Positions 61,531-64,000 of a stretch of 64,000 nucleotides of DNA are shown here, piece by piece. Under the pieces are notes generated by a model, which was not told the DNA's origin, did no database searches, and saw nothing but the letters and a program-made list of their open reading frames with translations. The stretch's first letter is position 1. Every line of letters starts with the position of its first letter. The position numbers and the translations under genes were made by a program. Source of the DNA: Candidatus Bathyarchaeota archaeon (lineage in GTDB: Archaea; Thermoproteota; Bathyarchaeia; Bathyarchaeales; DTEX01); NCBI GenBank assembly GCA_963714275.1, contig CAVQNT010000006.1:96001-160000 (forward strand). The letters are read 5' to 3'.

Positions 61531-62816
61531 ATGATTGACGTTAAGCTTATACGAACCAACCCGGATCTTGTCAGGGATAATCTAAAGCGGCGAAGCGACC
61601 CTGAAAAGCTGATGCTTTTGGAGGAGTTCATCGAGGCCGACAAAAATTGGAGGTTTTTGCAGACACAGATCAATGAACTAAGAAGGAAACGTAACGAACT
61701 AAGTGCCGAGAATCGCTAAATTGAAAAAGGAAGGCTTAGACGAGACTTCCCTTCTTAAGGAAGCCAATTCCATACAATCGAAAATTTCTGAGTTAAATGC
61801 CCAAGTTGAGGAGCTCAGTCAAAAGTCTCAAACTTTACTCAAGAAAGTCCCAAATTTACTTCACGAAACCGTTCCTTACGGTCGGGATGAAAATGAAAAC
61901 GCAGAGACCAGACAGTGGGGTTCTCCGCCAAAATTCGATTTTGAACCAAAAAATCACCTCGAACTCGCCTTGAACCTTGGACTTGTCGACGAAGAACGAG
62001 CAAACAAAGTTTCAGGAGCAGGCTTCTACTACCTAAAAGGCGAGTTGGCGCTTCTTGATTTTGCCATTCAAAGGTTTGCGATAGACTATATGATGAAGCA
62101 AGAGTATACTTTGGTTGAGCCTCCTTTCATGTTGCGGAGAGAACCGTACGAGGGAGTCACGGACCTCTCGGATTTTGAGACAGTCATGTATAAGATTGAG
62201 AATGAGGACCACTATCTCATCGCCACGAGCGAACATCCAATTGCTGCCATGTTCATGAATGAAACCTTAAACATCGACGAGCTCCCAGCAAAATTCATTG
62301 GCATAAGCACAAATTTTAGGCGCGAGATTGGAGCTCACGGCAAATACACAAAAGGATTCTTCAGGATGCACCAGTTCAACAAGATTGAACAGTTCATATT
62401 CTGCTTGCCAGAGCAGTCTTGGCGGTTCCATGAGGAGCTTCAACAAAACTGCGAAGAGCTCTACAGGAAGCTCAGGTTTGCATTACCGAGTGGTAAACGT
62501 GTGCACAGGAGACATTGGAACGGTCGCAGCCAAGAAGTATGACACGGAAATATGGATGGCGGACGGGCACTTCAGAGAGGTCGGTTCAAACTCAAACTGC
62601 ACAGACTACCAAGCCCGAAGACTGGGAATCAAATACCGCGAAGGCGTCGGAAAGCCTCCCAAAGACTTTGTGCACACATTGAACAGTACAGCTTTAGCCA
62701 CAAGCCGCACCATGATAGCTATTCTAGAGCAATACCAACAAAAAGAGGGCTCAATTCTTGTCCCCGAAGTTCTGAGACCATACATGAATGGAATAAAGAG
62801 TTTAAGCAAAAAGTAA
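61531..62816 (+). CDS. serS: Serine--tRNA ligase; two frameshifts
   Basis: [50 protein letters not shown]. Confidence 0.95.
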
Positions 62817-62840
62817 CATACAATATTATAGTGATGCGCG

Positions 62841-63815
62841 ATGTCGCCTGAAATTGTTGGAATAGGCGAAGTCCTAATAGACTTTGTTGCCACCGAACCT
62901 GTCTCATACATCGAGGTGCCAGCTTTTCAAAAATGTTTTGGCGGAGCTCCCATGAACACGTTGGTCGGAGTTGCCAGGCTAGGTTCAACGTCCGGAGCCA
63001 TAACGGTTGTTGGAAATGACCCGTTCGGTCTGTTCCTCGTTGAGGAGCTGAAAGAGAAACGGAGTGGACACTTCATGCGTAAGGGTAAAAAAGGGCACTC
63101 TTACCACTTTGGCGTTTGTCGCTAACGACCTTGAGACGGGAGAACGTACATTCATCTTTTACCGTAAACCGTGGGTCAACGGAACCTCGGACAGCTCTCT
63201 ATCCATCAGCGACGTTGATTTCGAATACATCAAAAAAGCCAAAATTCTTCATGTATCCGGTTTCGCATTGTCACAAAATCCCTCGAGAAAAGCGGTTCTT
63301 GCCGCCGTCAAGTATGCTAAAAAAGAAGGAGTTAGAATCTCTTTCGATCCAACCCTGAGACTTGATGTTTGGAGCTCTGAACGAACCATTCGGAGATTTT
63401 ATAATCAAATGCTTAGGCTGTGTGACATAGCAACCTTCTCTCGTGAAGAGGCAGCATTCATTTTTAGGACAGATAATCCAGAAAAGGCAGCAAAAAAATC
63501 ATTAAAGTATGGGGTAACCACCGTTGGCATAAAACTTGGCGTAGATGGAGTCTCTTGTGATGACGAAAGAGGGAAAAAAGGTTCATGCGCCTGCGTTTAA
63601 GGTCAAAGCTGTGGACACCACGGGGGCTGGGGATGGCTGGAACGCTGGGTTACTGGTTGGGCAACTTAAAGGTTGGGACCTCAAAACCTGTGTCACCATT
63701 GCTAACGCAGTCGGTGCATTAGTTGTTACAAAACGCGGCGCCATCACCGCCTTACCATACAAAAATGAGCTGAAACAGCTTCCTCAATCAACACAACGTA
63801 GAACTTAAGGTTTGA
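62841..63815 (+). CDS. PfkB family carbohydrate kinase; frameshifted
   Basis: GEVLID, GGAPMN, VGNDPFG, SFDPTLR, DTTGAGDGW. Confidence 0.92.
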
Positions 63816-63848
63816 CAAGACTTTTTGTTTAATAAAAAATCTTTGCGT

Positions 63849-63982
63849 CCCAGAAACCAATACACAATTTGGTACAATTGTTCTTAAACAACGGAACAAA
63901 TGTACTTTAAAACAGTCCAAATTTCATAAGCTCTAGCACTGTTACACAAAACAAAAACTCGAATGTTACACAAATCAGACAA
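63849..63982 (+). repeat. Dispersed intergenic repeat, copy 4
   Basis: Inverted ungapped match to 22781-22914. Confidence 0.9.
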
Positions 63983-64000
63983 GAAGAATCCATGAAAATC

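Noticed and set aside
9421-63982. Repeat orientation (two minus, then two plus) as Ter/KOPS-like polarity
   Set aside because: Four copies are too few, and the minus-oriented fragment at 50053 lies next to a plus copy
1-64000. CRISPR array, cas genes, rRNA, integrase or transposase
   Set aside because: No regularly spaced repeat-spacer array, rRNA-like tract or recombinase/transposase motif was seen

Overview
An archaeal chromosomal segment. Bathyarchaeia (TACK) is my inference, based on the co-occurrence of Cdv/ESCRT-III, FtsZ, L38e, S3Ae, HdrBC and class II HMG-CoA reductase. It is mostly housekeeping and anaerobic metabolism (adk, tyw1, hdrCB, nrdDG, trpS, serS, purB, hmgA, trm11, rnz, thpR, cca, two tRNAs), with an accessory stretch at about 9-27 kb. 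Roughly twenty genes, including essential ones, are split by single-base frameshifts that look like assembly indel errors; I merged them. Most notable observations: (1) a full cdvB1/2-cdvA-cdvB-cdvC cluster plus an orphan third ESCRT-III; (2) an FtsZ ending in a MinD-like amphipathic tail, followed by a membrane-anchored zinc-ribbon ORF missed by the ORF track, which is my best candidate for an undescribed division module; (3) a family of about 110-135 bp dispersed intergenic repeats; (4) a decayed full-length copy of tRNA-Gln bounding a 2.2 kb segment; (5) paired NikR-type operators before an ECF S-component and before nikR. All family assignments come from motif recognition by eye, not from database searches.
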